DNA of 64,000 nucleotides from Cyanophora paradoxa CCMP329 (Eukaryota; Plantae; Glaucophyta). Where the stretch lies: contig QPMI01000087.1 in NCBI GenBank assembly GCA_004431415.1, positions 13,253 through 77,252 on the forward strand, given 5' to 3'. Numbering within the stretch: the first letter of the stretch is position 1; every line of letters begins with the position of its first letter. Below, in pieces: positions 34,417 through 47,300 of this stretch. A model generated the notes under the pieces. The model was given only the letters and a program-made list of their open reading frames with translations. It was not told where the DNA came from and made no database searches. The position numbers and the translations under genes are program-made.

Positions 34417-37400
34417 ATGCGTCTCCGCCTGCTGCCCCTGCGGAGCAGCGCAGAGCGCACGGTCGCGGTATGGACCTTGTCGAGCGATGGCTCGGGGGAC
34501 GGCTGGGTCGGGCTGCTCCCCGCGCTGCAGGAGCTCGAAGCAGAAGGAGCTGCTGCTGCAGGATTCAGCAGAGCTGACATCGAGCGCCTGCGGGTCGCCG
34601 CGGCTGACGTGCTGCTGTGGCTGGAGCTCTCCGTCGGCGCCGCCGGCGAGTTTGACGTGCGCGCTGCGACGAAGAGGCTGCTCGAGTTCGTTCAAGCGGA
34701 TCGATCGCGCTGGGAGCGCTGCACGTGAGTCCGAGGCGCCGGCGCATGGTTGTCAAAATTGCTCACATTGATCGAACAGGGAGGCATGCGACGCGGCGGC
34801 GACGCTGCTTCCATTCGCGCCGAAGTCATTCCGCGACTTCAGCAGTGCGCCTTCCGAGTCCGGCTCGAAGCGCCTCGCGCGACCTGACCGGCCCCGGGCC
34901 CTGCGCCGGCGCCGCGCACGCACGCGTCCGCAGTCTACACGCCGCACCTGAAAGCGGCGACGCGCGGGCTGCTCAAGCTCTCCCCAAGCTCGGCGCTGCA
35001 GGTCCCCGCGCGCCCGCTCGGATTCGGCGCCGCCGCCGCCGCCGCCCCAGAGCCTCAACAGATCCTCTGCGGTGGCCTCGCCCGCATCCTCCGCCTGCCC
35101 CTACCCCTCCCCGACGTTCTCCACGCTTTCAAAAACAAGGCGCGCCCCTACCTTTAGAACCGTTTGGTCTGGGAACCCTCACGCTCGCGCCCCCAGCCGA
35201 TCTACTACTGCGCCAACCACCTCTCCTTTATCCCCCCCAACGCCGAGGTCCCCTGGCCCCCCTACGCCCGGTCCGCGCCCCCCCCCCCCGTACCGGGTAC
35301 CCCCCGCCCAGCTGAAGTAGGGTGTAACCCCTAGGACGCTGGACTACGAGCTGGAGATCGGCCTCGTGATCGGTCGACCCGTCCCTGCAAACACCCCGCC
35401 CGAGGAGGTGCGCGTGTACACGTACCCCCATCCGAGCGAGGAGGGTACCGCGTTCGACTCGGGGTACGGCAGGCGGCGAAGGCGGTGGCGGGGCTCGTGC
35501 TGCTGAACGATTTCACAGCGCGTGACGTCCAGGCCCGCGAGATCTTCGAGGGCGCGCCGTACCCCCCTCCTACTCTATTCACCCCCCCCCCTTGCGATCC
35601 GAGCCACGGCGCAGGTAACTTCGGGATGGCGAAAACAAAGAACTTCGCGACCGCAATGGGCTGCGAGGCGCGCCGCCCCGTGCCCCTATACCCTCTCTCG
35701 GTCGCCCACGTACCCCCCGCAGGTCGTCACGGCGGACGAGCTGCTCCCCAGGCTCCACTCGATCGACGGCCTCCGCGCCACAGTCGCGATCGACGGTGCG
35801 CGGGACGCGGTACCCCTCCGCCGCCTGCGTCGAAGGGGGGTACGATGCTCCGCTTTCGGCGCAGGCAAACCGGTGGCGACGTCCTGCACCGCCGAACCCG
35901 AGCACAGGTATGCCCGCGAGCCCCAAACTCTTTCTCCTCCTCCGTATCTGAACCCGCATGTCAAACCCAACCAGCGTGGCGGACATGGTGGGGTACGCGT
36001 GTCTCGGGGAGGCGCTGCACCCCGGGGAGGTCCTGGGCACCGGTACCGTCACCCGCTGCGCCGGCGTCGAGAACGGGTGCGCTCTCTGCCTGTACCCCCT
36101 CCCGCATTATTCCGAACGATCCCGACGCGCAGCCGCTACCCAAAGCCCGGTACGTACGGGAGCAGAAGTACAGCCGCGCAGCGCCCGCACGCGCACGCGC
36201 GCGCCCGCCCGGCCGACGCGCCCGCTCAGGCGAGCGGTTGGAGCTCGCCGTGGAGGGCTTCGCCCTGCCCCTCGCCAACCCCGTCGGGCGGCCCCAGCGG
36301 CACGCGGAGCCCGCCGCCAACGGCGCCTGGGACGGCCTCGGTGCGGGCGGCCTCGGCTTCCCCCCCGCCCCCCCCCCCCCCCCCCCTCTTCTTGGCTCAG
36401 GCGCGCACGGGGCAGTGCTCCGGGGCGGCCGCTTCTCCCGCCAGCGCCGAACCGGCTGCCTCCTCTTCCTCGCCGCCCTCGCCGCCCTCGCCGCCGTCCT
36501 GTACCCCCTTCTCGCCGGGCCCTCCAAGGCGCGCTCCTCCCCCGTACCCCCCTTCTTGCCCCGTCCCCTCTGAGCTCGCGCGCAGATTTCTCCCGTTGCG
36601 TGGGTGCCCGATCCGGCCCCGGCGTGGTGGAAGACGAGCCTGCCGGGCCGCGGCGCCCTCCGCAACGCCAGTGCGGCACCCCGCGCCTTGTCCGCGCGCG
36701 TGACTCACGCGATCGCGTACCCCCGCCCGCCAGCGATTCTGTTCAGTGGGGAGCTGAACGGCCCTGAGAGCTTCGCGTTCGACTCCGCGGGGCGCCTCTA
36801 CGCTTCCCTGTGGGGTACGCGACGCTTCAATCTTCTTCCCGTGTCTTCATGCCAACCGGTACCCCCCGCGCAGACGGACGCGTGGTGCGAACGCGAGAGC
36901 CATGGAGGGACCCCACAGAATCGCGTACCCCCATCGACTTCGAAGACTTCATACCCGCGGGGGCGCTCAACCCGCGAGGGCCCGACCCCCGCTGCGGGCC
37001 CGGGGTACTCTCCCACGAGGAGGTCGGAACCGTACCCCTCCCCCTCCTCCGCGTCCCCGTCTGATATCCCCCCCCCCAGGAGTGCGGGCGGCCGCTGGGC
37101 CTGCACATGACGCGGGGGGGTACCCTCATTCTCTGCGACGCCTACTTCGGCCTCGTCTCCGGTGCGCCCTGTACCCCCCCTCCACACCGGTGCCGCATCC
37201 CCCTGACCCCCCCCCCCTCCCAAGTTTCTGCGGAGGGGCGGGTCGAGTGGCTGGCGTCGGAGGCGGGCGGGCGTCCCATCGTGTTCGCCAACCAGGTCCG
37301 AGGGCGGGGGCGGGGGGGGTCGGGCCGGGCCGGGCCGGTCCGGGGAGATCTGGACGGCTGGAGAATGTATTTGGCGGCAACGAGCGGCTAAGTGCCGGGC

Positions 37401-38765
37401 GGGCGGGCGGGCGGGCGGGCGGTGCTCGGGGAGCGTCGCAAACTTTCGTTCGCTCGTTTGCCTGAGCCGACGAACGTTCCCCCGGGCAGCCGGCGGTGGA
37501 CGAGGAGGCCGGCGTCGTCTACTTCGCCGACAGGTGCCCCCCCCCCCCCCCCCCCGCCTCGAAAGGAGAGAGAGAGAAAGAGGAGCCCACTGCCCCCCGC
37601 CCCCCCCTCCCCCGGGCTCTTGATCTCCTCCCTCGCCGGAGAAGGAGAAGAAGAGCAGAGCCGGCGCCTTCGCAACTCTCCCAACTCTCCTAACTCTCCC
37701 GACTCGCCCCCGGGCAGCTCGGGGCGGTCGCGGCGGCGGGAGGTCGTCCTCCTCGTCCTCGAGAGCGCCTGCGACGGCCGCCTCCTCCGCTACGACATCT
37801 CCAAGCGGTCCGCCGGCGCCCCCCGCTCGGAGAGGAGATCTTTTAGATCCAGGAGAGGAGAGCGCCGAGCCGCGGCTAACATGCCCGCGCCGGCCTCTCC
37901 CGCTTCGCTTCCCTGAAGCTTCCCTTCGGGGCGCTCCCTAGGCCTATCCCCTCTCTCTCCTCCTTCCTTCCCGGGGGGAGGGACCCTGCTCTCTCCTCGT
38001 GGCTGGCTCCCTTCCCCCCTCCTTCCCTCCTCCTGCTGCCCGCCCCCGACCTTAACCCAGTTCTTTTCCGCGCTTCTTTCTCGCTCTCTTTCTGACGGGC
38101 GGGGTCCCGCTCGCAGGGAGGCGTCGGTGCTGGCGGAGGGCCTCTGCTTCCCCAACGGCCTCCTCCTCTCCCCGGACCGCCGCACCCTCGTCGTGCGCCC
38201 TGCAGGAACAGGGGGGGGAGGGGGGGGGGGGGGGGGGGGGAAGCCTTCGGGGACCTAGTTGGGGAGGGGGGTTCTTCTGCAAGTCCCCCGCCCGCGGCCG
38301 CAGCTAGCCCAGCTCAACTTAGCCGCGCGCCCTCCTCACCGCACCGCACCGCACCGCACCGCGCAGGTGGCGGAGACGACGCGGATGCGGCTGCGCGCCC
38401 TCGACGCGGCGACCGGCCGCCCCCTCGGGCCCGAGACACCGGGCGCCCGCCTCTCCGTCCCCTGCATGCCGGCGCGCCCGCCCCGCCCCGCCCCGCGGCG
38501 CCGCCTTTAGAGAGCTTATCCTCCCGGCGGCAGGACAACCTCGCGTGGCTGCCGCCCCGCAACGCGAGCGGCGCCGGCGCCGGCGGCCCGAGCTTCCTCG
38601 TCGGCTGCGCCAACCAGTACGGGCTGAAGTTCTCCCTGCCCCCCGCCATCGCCGGGGTGCCCCCCCTCTGCTTCTCGACTTCCGTATCCCTTCTGACATC
38701 GTACCCGGCAGTACCCCGGCCTCCGCAAAGTCGTCGCCTCCCTCATACCCCAGGCGAGCCTTCCC

Positions 38766-38796
<31 letters not shown>

Positions 38797-39191
38797 ACAC
38801 ACACGCACGCACACGCCCTTCTTCTCCGCCCCGTCCGCCCTTCCAAGCTCATCGCAACGCGGTTCCCCAGGACCTCATCGCCCGGTTCATCCCCCCCTAC
38901 GGCGTCGTGCTGGAGGTGGGGTACAGCGAGGACCGGGGCGCGGGGGCGCCGCTCCTGACGCTGCGGCGGGCGCTGACGGACGCGCGGGGCGGCGTGGCGC
39001 ACGTGAGCGAGGCGGCCGCCACGCCCGAGGGCGGCCTCCTCCTCGGCTCCTACCGGTCCCCCCGCCTCGCCCGCCCCCCGTCCCGCCCGCCCGCCCTCAC
39101 GCGGCCCCGCTCGCGGCGTAGGAACGACCACGCGGCGTACCTGTCCAAGGCCGCCCTCGACGCCGCGCTGGGCCTGGGCCCTGGGGCCTGA
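34417..39191 (+). CDS. Fusion protein: fumarylacetoacetate-hydrolase-family domain + TM helix + strictosidine-synthase-like/APMAP beta-propeller
   Basis: FAH motifs SFRDFS, PIYYCANH, LDYELEIGLVIG, LLNDFTARDVQ, KTKNFAT, VVTADEL, LHPGEVLGTGT. Then TM CLLFLAALAALAAVLYPLL. Then SSL motifs LNGPESFAFD, CGRPLGL, DAYFGL, VYFADSS, GRLLRYD, LCFPNGLLLSPD, VAETTRMRL, MPDNL. No stop between the domains. Confidence 0.82.
38761..38812. repeat. Poly(C) run followed by (CA)n microsatellite in an intron
   Basis: Seen directly in the sequence. Confidence 0.9.
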
Positions 39192-39500
39192 TCGTCGTGT
39201 GAGATTCATATTGTTGAATTCGAACGGGCGGGTCGGCGTCCTATCCGACTCGATGAAGCATGCGCGTGTGCAGAACATGTACATGTAGATACGCACAATG
39301 GCAACAAATGAAACAGGGGAGAAAAAGATAAAAGCTACCCTGCAGTTGATAAACGAACTAAAGTCGAGCCGTACAGGCAACCATACTATTACTAGTACTG
39401 TACGTTCTTGAGCTAGCTGTATTGGGCGCGTGCTGAAGCTTATAATTACTAAGTTAATTGCATAAGCAATTTGTAATACGAGTCAACTAAACATGTACAG

Positions 39501-41791
39501 CTAGATCGCGGCGCCGGCACACTCGGCGATGGTGAAGCCGATGTCGAGGCAGCACTTCGTGCTAACGTCGACCTCCGCCTGCTGAGGGGCGATGCGCTGC
39601 TCGAGGCTGTTCTTGATGCTCTCCTGGCTCATGTGCCGGATCGCGCCGACGAGCATGAAGAGGCCGTCCGCGGCGGTCGAAAGCGCCGTCAGAAGTTTGA
39701 TGCCCTCCGCAGGGGTGCACGTGCGCAAGTTGGTTTCGTTGTCCAACTCGCAAGTTTCTGTGCCGCTGGCTTGCATGACGAGCCCCACGACTTTGATCAC
39801 GAAGCACGTCACCGTGAAGATGTAAATGTTCTAAAAGACACGAATTCGAAGTCGAAGTCAACGAAACGCGAGAGCGCAGAAAACTACGTATACACGCGCG
39901 CGCACGAAGATTTCGCTGTAGTGCATGTTCTTCTTGTAGCGCGTGGGGATGTCCAGCATTTTGCTCTTTAGAACTTTGGAGGCGATGTAGAGCTTGTAGA
40001 AGGGCGTGAGGATGCTGAGCTTGTGGGGGAACTTGCACCAGCACGATTTCTCCCCGCAGCACGAGGGGCAGCAACACCTGAACGCGCGCGGCCGGCTCTT
40101 ATCAGGCGAAGTCGTTAAATAAAGCGATAGACGGTCAAGGACATCTAGACCTCGATATCAACAGTCGAGGTTACAAAACCAATGGGATTTAAATTTAGCG
40201 GATACTTGCCAAGTTGGCTAGGCCAATATAGGGGATTCATATTTAGATTGAGCGATCGCGATTGCGATGTGAATCCGGATCCGCACGCATGCGCACTTGC
40301 CCTTGTTGGAGACACAGCGGAAAACAGCCCAGATGATGACGTAGCATGCGGGGAGCAGGGGGGCCAGGAGCACCGCCCTGCCGACGCCGAGGGCGTGCTC
40401 GTACGCGTCCAAAACGGTCAAGACGCCGGCTGCGCATGCGCAAACCGCCTCACACACTATAATATACCGGTGCTCGCGCTCTTTATTATAAAGCATAGCT
40501 GTATAGCTCTAATCTTATTCATAATCTTTGAGTGTTGTAATTAGACATGTACGGCTTGAAAAAATGTATGTTGGGGGCGCACCGATGGACGAGAAGTCGA
40601 GGAACATCGAGACCCAGGCCGCGAAACGGATGAGACACAGCTTGTTATCCCGAATGATGAGCAGCTTAATATCAGCGGCTGCGAAGAAAATGCGGAATTG
40701 ATTAGACATTGAATGCGCGCGAGCGCATGCGCAGTGGTTGCAGCCAGATCTAGAATCTAGATCTTGCAATAGGTCTTCAGAATAAACAATCGCAAGGGCG
40801 TTATTTATATTGCACGCACGCGTGGTCCAGTTGCAGCAGCACGCGCAGCATGCGTCGCCGTTATCGGCCGCGGGCGCCTGCTCGGACTCATTCTGCGCAT
40901 ACTTTATAGTCAGTACTAGTTGCGTGAGACACAGGATCCCGGATGAGCCCAGGCCTGGGAAAGAACCTTGCTCGGTTGCGCTGGCCATGGAGCGTGCTGC
41001 ACGTTCACGTTGACATCCGAGGGCTGCACGTACCCTGCAGGTGGCTGCCGAAGCAATTGCGAACAGGCATGAGGATTCGAGCCTTCGAATTCGAGCGGGC
41101 TCGAAAGCTAGACAGGCCTAGGCCTAGGGTCGGGCTATTGCTAGCGCTCACATAGAAGTGCGGTGCCTGCGGATGCGGATGCGGGTGCTGATTCATGTAC
41201 TGCGGTGGGTGCTGGCCATGGTACGCGTACGGCCCCGCGGGCGACTGCGCATGCGGACGCAGGCTACCGTGAGAACGAGAAGGAAAAGGCTCCGTGCACG
41301 CGGCCAGGCAAGCATATGCTTTGATCGGTATACGTAGCTATATATAGCTGCAGATCGCCTAGCACAAATATATATAATGCAATGCGCATGCGCGAGGCAC
41401 AAACCATTTGCATCTGTGGGTGCCCCTGGAACCCGTACGCGTGCGGTGGCGGCGGTGGCATGTACATTTGGACAGGAGGAGGTGAGAACCCCGGAGCGCC
41501 GGGCTGCCAGACAGGCGGCTTCGTCAGTTACAGAAGTATACGCGCACGAATGCATATGCGCAGCGGTCGGACAAACAGATCTAGACGGCCGCGGGAGCTC
41601 ACTTTGTCATACATGTACACAGGACCCTGCGACGCGTACGGGGCATGAAGCTCTTGCAATTGGCCGTCTTTGCTTTCTCTGCCGTTTTCGTTGCCGTAGT
41701 CCTTCGAGCTCTCATGATCATGATCGCTCGCATTCTCGTCTTCATCGTGCTCCGGATCCGTCAACTTGTTGTCCTCTCCAGCGTCAGCCAT
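39501..41791 (-). CDS. Multi-exon hypothetical membrane protein with acidic and Pro/His/Tyr-rich N-terminus and Cys-rich segments
   Basis: ATG at 41791 (MADAGEDNKLTDPEHDEDE...). Hydrophobic exons (IRFAAWVSMFLDF; VLLAPLLPACYVIIWAVF; IYIFTVTCFVIKVVGLVM) and Cys clusters (CCACCC, CCCPSCC). Ends ...CCLDIGFTIAECAGAAI* at 39501. Confidence 0.55.
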
Positions 41792-42212
41792 TCCTGTACG
41801 TATGCGTAGCTTGATCTGGGAGCCTGCAGCTGGCAGACTAGCCTAGCAGCTGCTAAGCGATCGCCTCGAGCGATCGCGAGCGAGCTAAAACTCTGTATAC
41901 GTAGCAGGCTGGGCCTGGGAGACGGGGGCTGATGCCGAGGAGACTCTGAGTCTCAGAGCAAGATACAGGTGCAGGCGAATTCCCGCTGCAAGCAAAGTCT
42001 GCAACTCTAGCTCTTACTAAGTTACGTATACACTGCTATACCGTAGTACAGTATACTCGACAGCTTACAAGTTAAGCTACAAGATAGTTGAAGATAGTCT
42101 CGGCTGTCAATGTCGCGAGTCTCGCGACTTCTTTAAATTTTGCTGCGCGCGCGGCGGCCGCGGCCTGCCAGGCTGGCCAGGCTGGCCGGCGGGCCTGCGG
42201 ACTGGGGCCCTC

Positions 42213-42765
42213 GTGAATGAAAAAAGCCCCGCCGTCCGCGAATAAAAAAGTCGGCCCCAGCAAGAAGTGTCATGATCACGATCAGCATTCATGAATCGCT
42301 TTTGCGCTAGGCGCCGCCGCGCCGCTAGCTAGTAGCTACTAGGGGTAGCTAGAGGCTAGAGGCCTAGAGCTATTTGTCGAACCCCGCCGGTCCCGGCCCC
42401 GCGCCGAGCCCGCGGTCCTCAGGGGCCAGCCTGGCAGGGCCTGCGCACTGCGGCATGCCGGCCGCCGCGCGCCGGGCCGGCGGCCGGCCCGAAAGCCCCG
42501 AACCCCGGCCCGCCGCCCGCGGCCCGCGGGCCGCGGGCTCGGCGACTCCGGCCCGCGACTCCGGCCGCGAGGGCCGCGGGCCCGCGACCCGGCTCTCGGC
42601 GCCGGGCCCCGGGGGACGGCCGCCGGCCCGGCGCCGGGCCGGCGCCGGCCCGGGCCCCGGGGTCACCTGCACGTGAATGAATTTTCAATGAAACAAAGCC
42701 CCGGCCTCGTGAATAAAAAAGTAGACCCCAACAAGACATGTCAATAGGCATGAATCTCGATCAGT
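42213..42765 (+). repeat. Two diverged ~85-bp direct repeats (42213-42296, 42673-42765) bracketing a very GC-rich palindromic block
   Basis: gtgaatgaa...aaagcccc...gaataaaaaagt..cccca.caaga..tgtca...atgaatc occurs twice. Confidence 0.6.
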
Positions 42766-42775
42766 GGATTCCATG

Positions 42776-42860
42776 TTTTTTTTGGTGAATTACCGGCCAC
42801 AGTCTCTAGCTACAGACACCAGCACTGCGGGGGCTGCCCAGGGGGCATAAAGACAAAAAA
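42776..42860 (-). mobile_element. Copy 2 of the ~80-bp A-tailed dispersed element
   Basis: Matches 3845-3928 with one 6-bp insertion and one substitution; same boundaries; no clear TSD. Confidence 0.6.
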
Positions 42861-42879
42861 GCAAAATAACTAAGATAAA

Positions 42880-43950
42880 CGTTGTACGTTATATAATTAA
42901 TTCTAAACTTAATTTCTAGCTATATATATAGCTAGCTATATATATATATATATATTATATAGCCTATATACAGCTAGCGCTATAGCACTGATAATAGCCT
43001 AGTAGCAGCCTGGCAGCCAATTGCAATTGCAAACACTGCGCAGTGCGCACTGCGGCGCGCATGCGCATGCGCACGCCGCATGCGCAGTGCACGTGCGGCA
43101 GTGCGCTACTTGGTAGCGCTGCTGTACATGTTACTACATGTGCGCATGTGCGCATGCCAGTGCGGCCCGGGCGCCGACGCCGGCTCGCAGGCTGGGCCGG
43201 GGCCGCTGGGCCGCAGGCCCGCAGCTGCAGCTGCGCGGGGCCCGTTTCCCGATGCCCTCGAAGCGCCGCGAATTCGAAGCAGCCCGGGGTTGCAATATTT
43301 AATATATTAATTAAAAAACAAAATATTACACAATTAGTTTAATTTGCACATACTGTCAATGTATTATGTTAGATTATGTTAGATCAATTATGAAAAGTTT
43401 TTACGATCCTATGATTTCGACATTCATTACTACCGACACTTCTTCTTTTGCCTAGGCATTTTTATTCGTGCGGCCCGCTTCTACCCGGCTAGTCCCCGCT
43501 ACGGACGCATACGCCGTGACGACGATGCTAGTACTCAGGCAGCCGAGTCAGGCTACCCGCCGGGCCCGGGTCCCCGGGCCCGGCTACCTGGCCGGGAGTC
43601 CCGGGACTCGGGACTCGGGAGTCGGGAGTCGGGAGTAGTAGTACTCGGGAGTCGGGAGTCGGGACTCCGGGAGTCGGGCAGACTCGGCCCGGACTCGGGC
43701 TCAGCCTGGCACAGCTGCAGCCTGCAGGCTGGCAGACTGCCGCTCACTGAGTCACTCGTGAGTCGTGACTACTAGGCTAGTACTGACTCCTGAGACTATG
43801 AGAGTCAGTCGGCCCGCGCCGCAGGCTCCCGCAGCCCCAGGCCCCCAGCCGGCCCTGAGCCGGGCCCCAGGCTCCCCAGCCTCCCCCAGCCTGGGCCCCA
43901 GGGCCTCATGACTCAGTGATCAGCTGCTGCAAAGGCTAGTCAGTACGACT
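42880..43950. repeat. Low-complexity intergenic tract of TA, TAGC, TGCGCA and GACTC/GAGTC motif expansions
   Basis: Seen directly, e.g. tatatatagctagctatatata, gcgcatgcgcatgcgca, gggagtcgggagtcgggactc. Confidence 0.8.
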
Positions 43951-44348
43951 CAGTAGCTGATAGCGCTGCAGCGGCTGTTGATCCCAGCTTGGGGCGCGAG
44001 TCGCGGCGAGGGTACCGGTGCAGCTGCAGCGTCGGGCCGAAGTCACCGGGCGCATTGTCACTTCCAGCCTGGGCTCGTCCGACGGTCGCGCCCCTCGGTG
44101 CGTGAAGACAGCCAGCCGTTGACGTTGCAATGGAAAAAGGCAAAGGCTCCCGCTTTCAGGGTGCGCACATATGCATGATGCATATGCATCAACTGCCCCG
44201 CGGCCGGGCCCGAGCCCGGTGGCCACAAGTTCAGGGCCGGCCGCGGGTGCTTGCAATTGTGACCAGGAAACTTTGAGGTCTTATTCGCTCAGCAGCTGCG
44301 CATGACGGTCGGCCAAGGCTCGGATTGGGCGCGCCGGCGGCCCTTGGA

Positions 44349-47300
44349 ATGAGCGCCGGGCCGCGTTCATCGGACGCTGCAGCAGTAATGCCGGCAGCCG
44401 TCGTCTACACTGCTGCAGGAGTCTCGCAGCGAGCGCAGGACGACGACCGCTCGCCCTTTCTCGCGAGCATGCGCATGGCCAATATCGATCTGGGCCAGGC
44501 CATGGGCAATATCGAGAGCTTCTTCTTGACGTCAACATCTGTGCGGGTTCCGGGCCGCTCTGCGGAGCCGGAGGCCTCTGACGAGGAGCCGGACGATGGA
44601 GATGATGACGACGGAGACCGGCAAGACGGCGCAGACGAAACGGACAAGCATCGACAGCTGCACAAGGCGGCCGAGGACGGGAACCTTGATCTTGTGAAGT
44701 GAGCCGATTAAATGTTCGATGAACGCTAGCTATAGCTCTTCGATCTAATTTATGATCGTTTTGAATTCGCGATGGACCAATTTGACCTTTTCGCCTGTGC
44801 TCGTGCAGAACTATCCTGGATGAAGCAAGCGTACGCAAATCTCAAGATAATACCCCGATGGATCAAGTTTATGCGAAGGATCCTCTGCCTGGGGGCCGAG
44901 ACAGCGAGTGGACCGCGCTTCACTACGCAGCCTCGGGGGGTCATGCGCCAATCATCGAGTGCGCATGCATGCGCATACGCATATGCATGTCGGTCTTAAG
45001 CCTCGTAATGGGTCTAATCATGGTCCGGCCTGGACCGCGGGTTCTGCAGGGTGTTGCTGGGTCACGGTGCTGATGTGGATAAGAAGAATGCGGATGGTCA
45101 AACAGCTCTACATTTGGCAGCGCGGGGGGCTGGAGCGGCTCAGGATAAAATGGCGCTCAGGTGCATTTGCATTCGTATCTAGACGTTCTCTAGCTATAGT
45201 CCACCTCGATATCGATGCCTTGCAGCAACGTTAAAACGTTAACGGTAACACACAAATATCTATGTTTCTCGAATTCTCAGGCTTTTGATCGAGACATACG
45301 ACGCAAGCGGCGATGATAACCAAGTGAAGAATATCGTCAAAGACGAGAGCCGGTGGGCCGGTGGGAAGCATGTCAAACTCCTCCGGTCTCCACTCCGGAT
45401 CCCTCCTGCGCGCTTTGCCGCGTGTGACCTCCAAACAGAATGCTTATTCTCAACGGGGCCTATGTCCGCTCACTGGATAAGTTGAAATTGCCTCCAGTAG
45501 CTCATGCTATTGAGAATTTCCAGTGGAGCAATCTTGATGCGATCCTGAAAGAAGATGATATCAAAATCTCCCTTGAATTTTCCTTTCCTGTCTGCCAGTC
45601 AGCGACCAAGATGGCAACTACCCAAGACGTGGATCTTGGTGCTGTGGTGGATTACTTCGCATACGGAAAACCGCTTGTCTCGATGCTCTTGGTAAAGATT
45701 TTCAAGGTAAATGCAACAATATTTTCATTGAAGAGCGTGTGCTATCGCCCGCGCTTTCGCACGGCCTCGAGAGCAAAACCCGTTCTCAGGACGCCGCTGC
45801 AACGGACTCTACGCACGCTTCAATTCTGCTGGAACGCAAGCAAGACGCAGAAGACCTTACAATCCAACTGTTGGACGCGTTGGAGGCCAAATGGAGCGTG
45901 CTGTTAGACCCCCCAGTCACCGGTTCAAAGAAGCTTGGCCGCGCTGCAAAAAAGCATCGCAGGAGCGCCATCGACAACTGCATCCAGGTGAACTTTTATC
46001 CTGAAGTGGGGGCACACTCATCTATTGTAATCTTGCCATTCTTGCAGACATTGGATTACGAAGTATCTTTAGTGGGCTTGAAAGACCGTACCAGTTTTCT
46101 GGAGCTTGCCGTTGAGCTTGATCAGCAGCAAGTTATGGTAACAATCTGCGCTCGTGATCGCGATCGGCAGTTTCAATCTGCGAGCTCAAAAATATATAAT
46201 GCGGCTGCGTGCAGGCGCATCCTTTTGTCCGTCGTTACATCAACAAACTGTGGAATCCATCAGACAGCTCCTTTTGGAGCAATTTAAATCTATTTTCCGT
46301 TTTTATGCCACGACGCCTGGTCGACAGTCACGGGGTTTCTAATCAATACGCAAAGGTCTGATCTTGGAAGAAAGCTGTTTTATAAATAATAGCCACAGCC
46401 GATCTGATGCGCTACAATTGCTCTGCGCAGGAGGTTGTTTGCTACTTAATTTTTCTTGCACTCTACGCAGCTGGTAAAATGCCTTGACTTTATGCATATA
46501 ACTTCTTGTTTCCGAATTCGAATTGAAGCTGAAATTATATATGTACCTCATACATTTATACCAGCTATGATCGTCGGTCTGGAGGCTGGACGGTCTACAG
46601 ATGCGATTCTGTGGTGCTTGCTTATTCACGACGTCGCCATGCTTATCTACGAAATGCAACAGGTCAAAATTCGAATGCGCGCGTGCAATCTGCCAATGGC
46701 TACTCCTTCTGACACCAATACATTCATCCCCATTTCTCAGATTATGAACTTCAAGTGGCACGAGTATTTCAGCGACGTGTTCAATCTACTTGACTTTCTC
46801 CTTTACATAATATCCTTTTTTATTGCAATTTTACTCCGCGGTTTATGGATATCTTTCTTCTTTGACATACTCGATGGTTACGCTGTTCTTGTGTTATCAA
46901 TTCTTTGCCTTCTCCGGAAGGGAACTGCTCTCGCGATCTTGTCGATTCGTAAGCAATTTCAAAAATTATTGTCACGCACTCGCTCAAATCTTTGTGTCTT
47001 CTATTTGCCATTGATCCCCTGCTGTCGCAATTGATGCGATACCGGTGATTTCCAGTCTTTGCTCCAGCCTGTCTTCGCTTCCTCGAATTCGCGTCCATCC
47101 AGGAAGACCTGGGGCCCATTCTCATTGTGCTCGGCAAGGCGCGCTCTCGTAATCCGAATCTGGAGCTTCCCTCGGCTATGCTTATTTAAATTCGGAGCCA
47201 GATGTTTAAGAATGTGGGCTCGATTGCCATCATAATTGCCCTGGTGCTAGCAAGTTTCTGTGTTTCGATGGTCGGCTGGTCCAGCGCAATCGGCTCGGAG

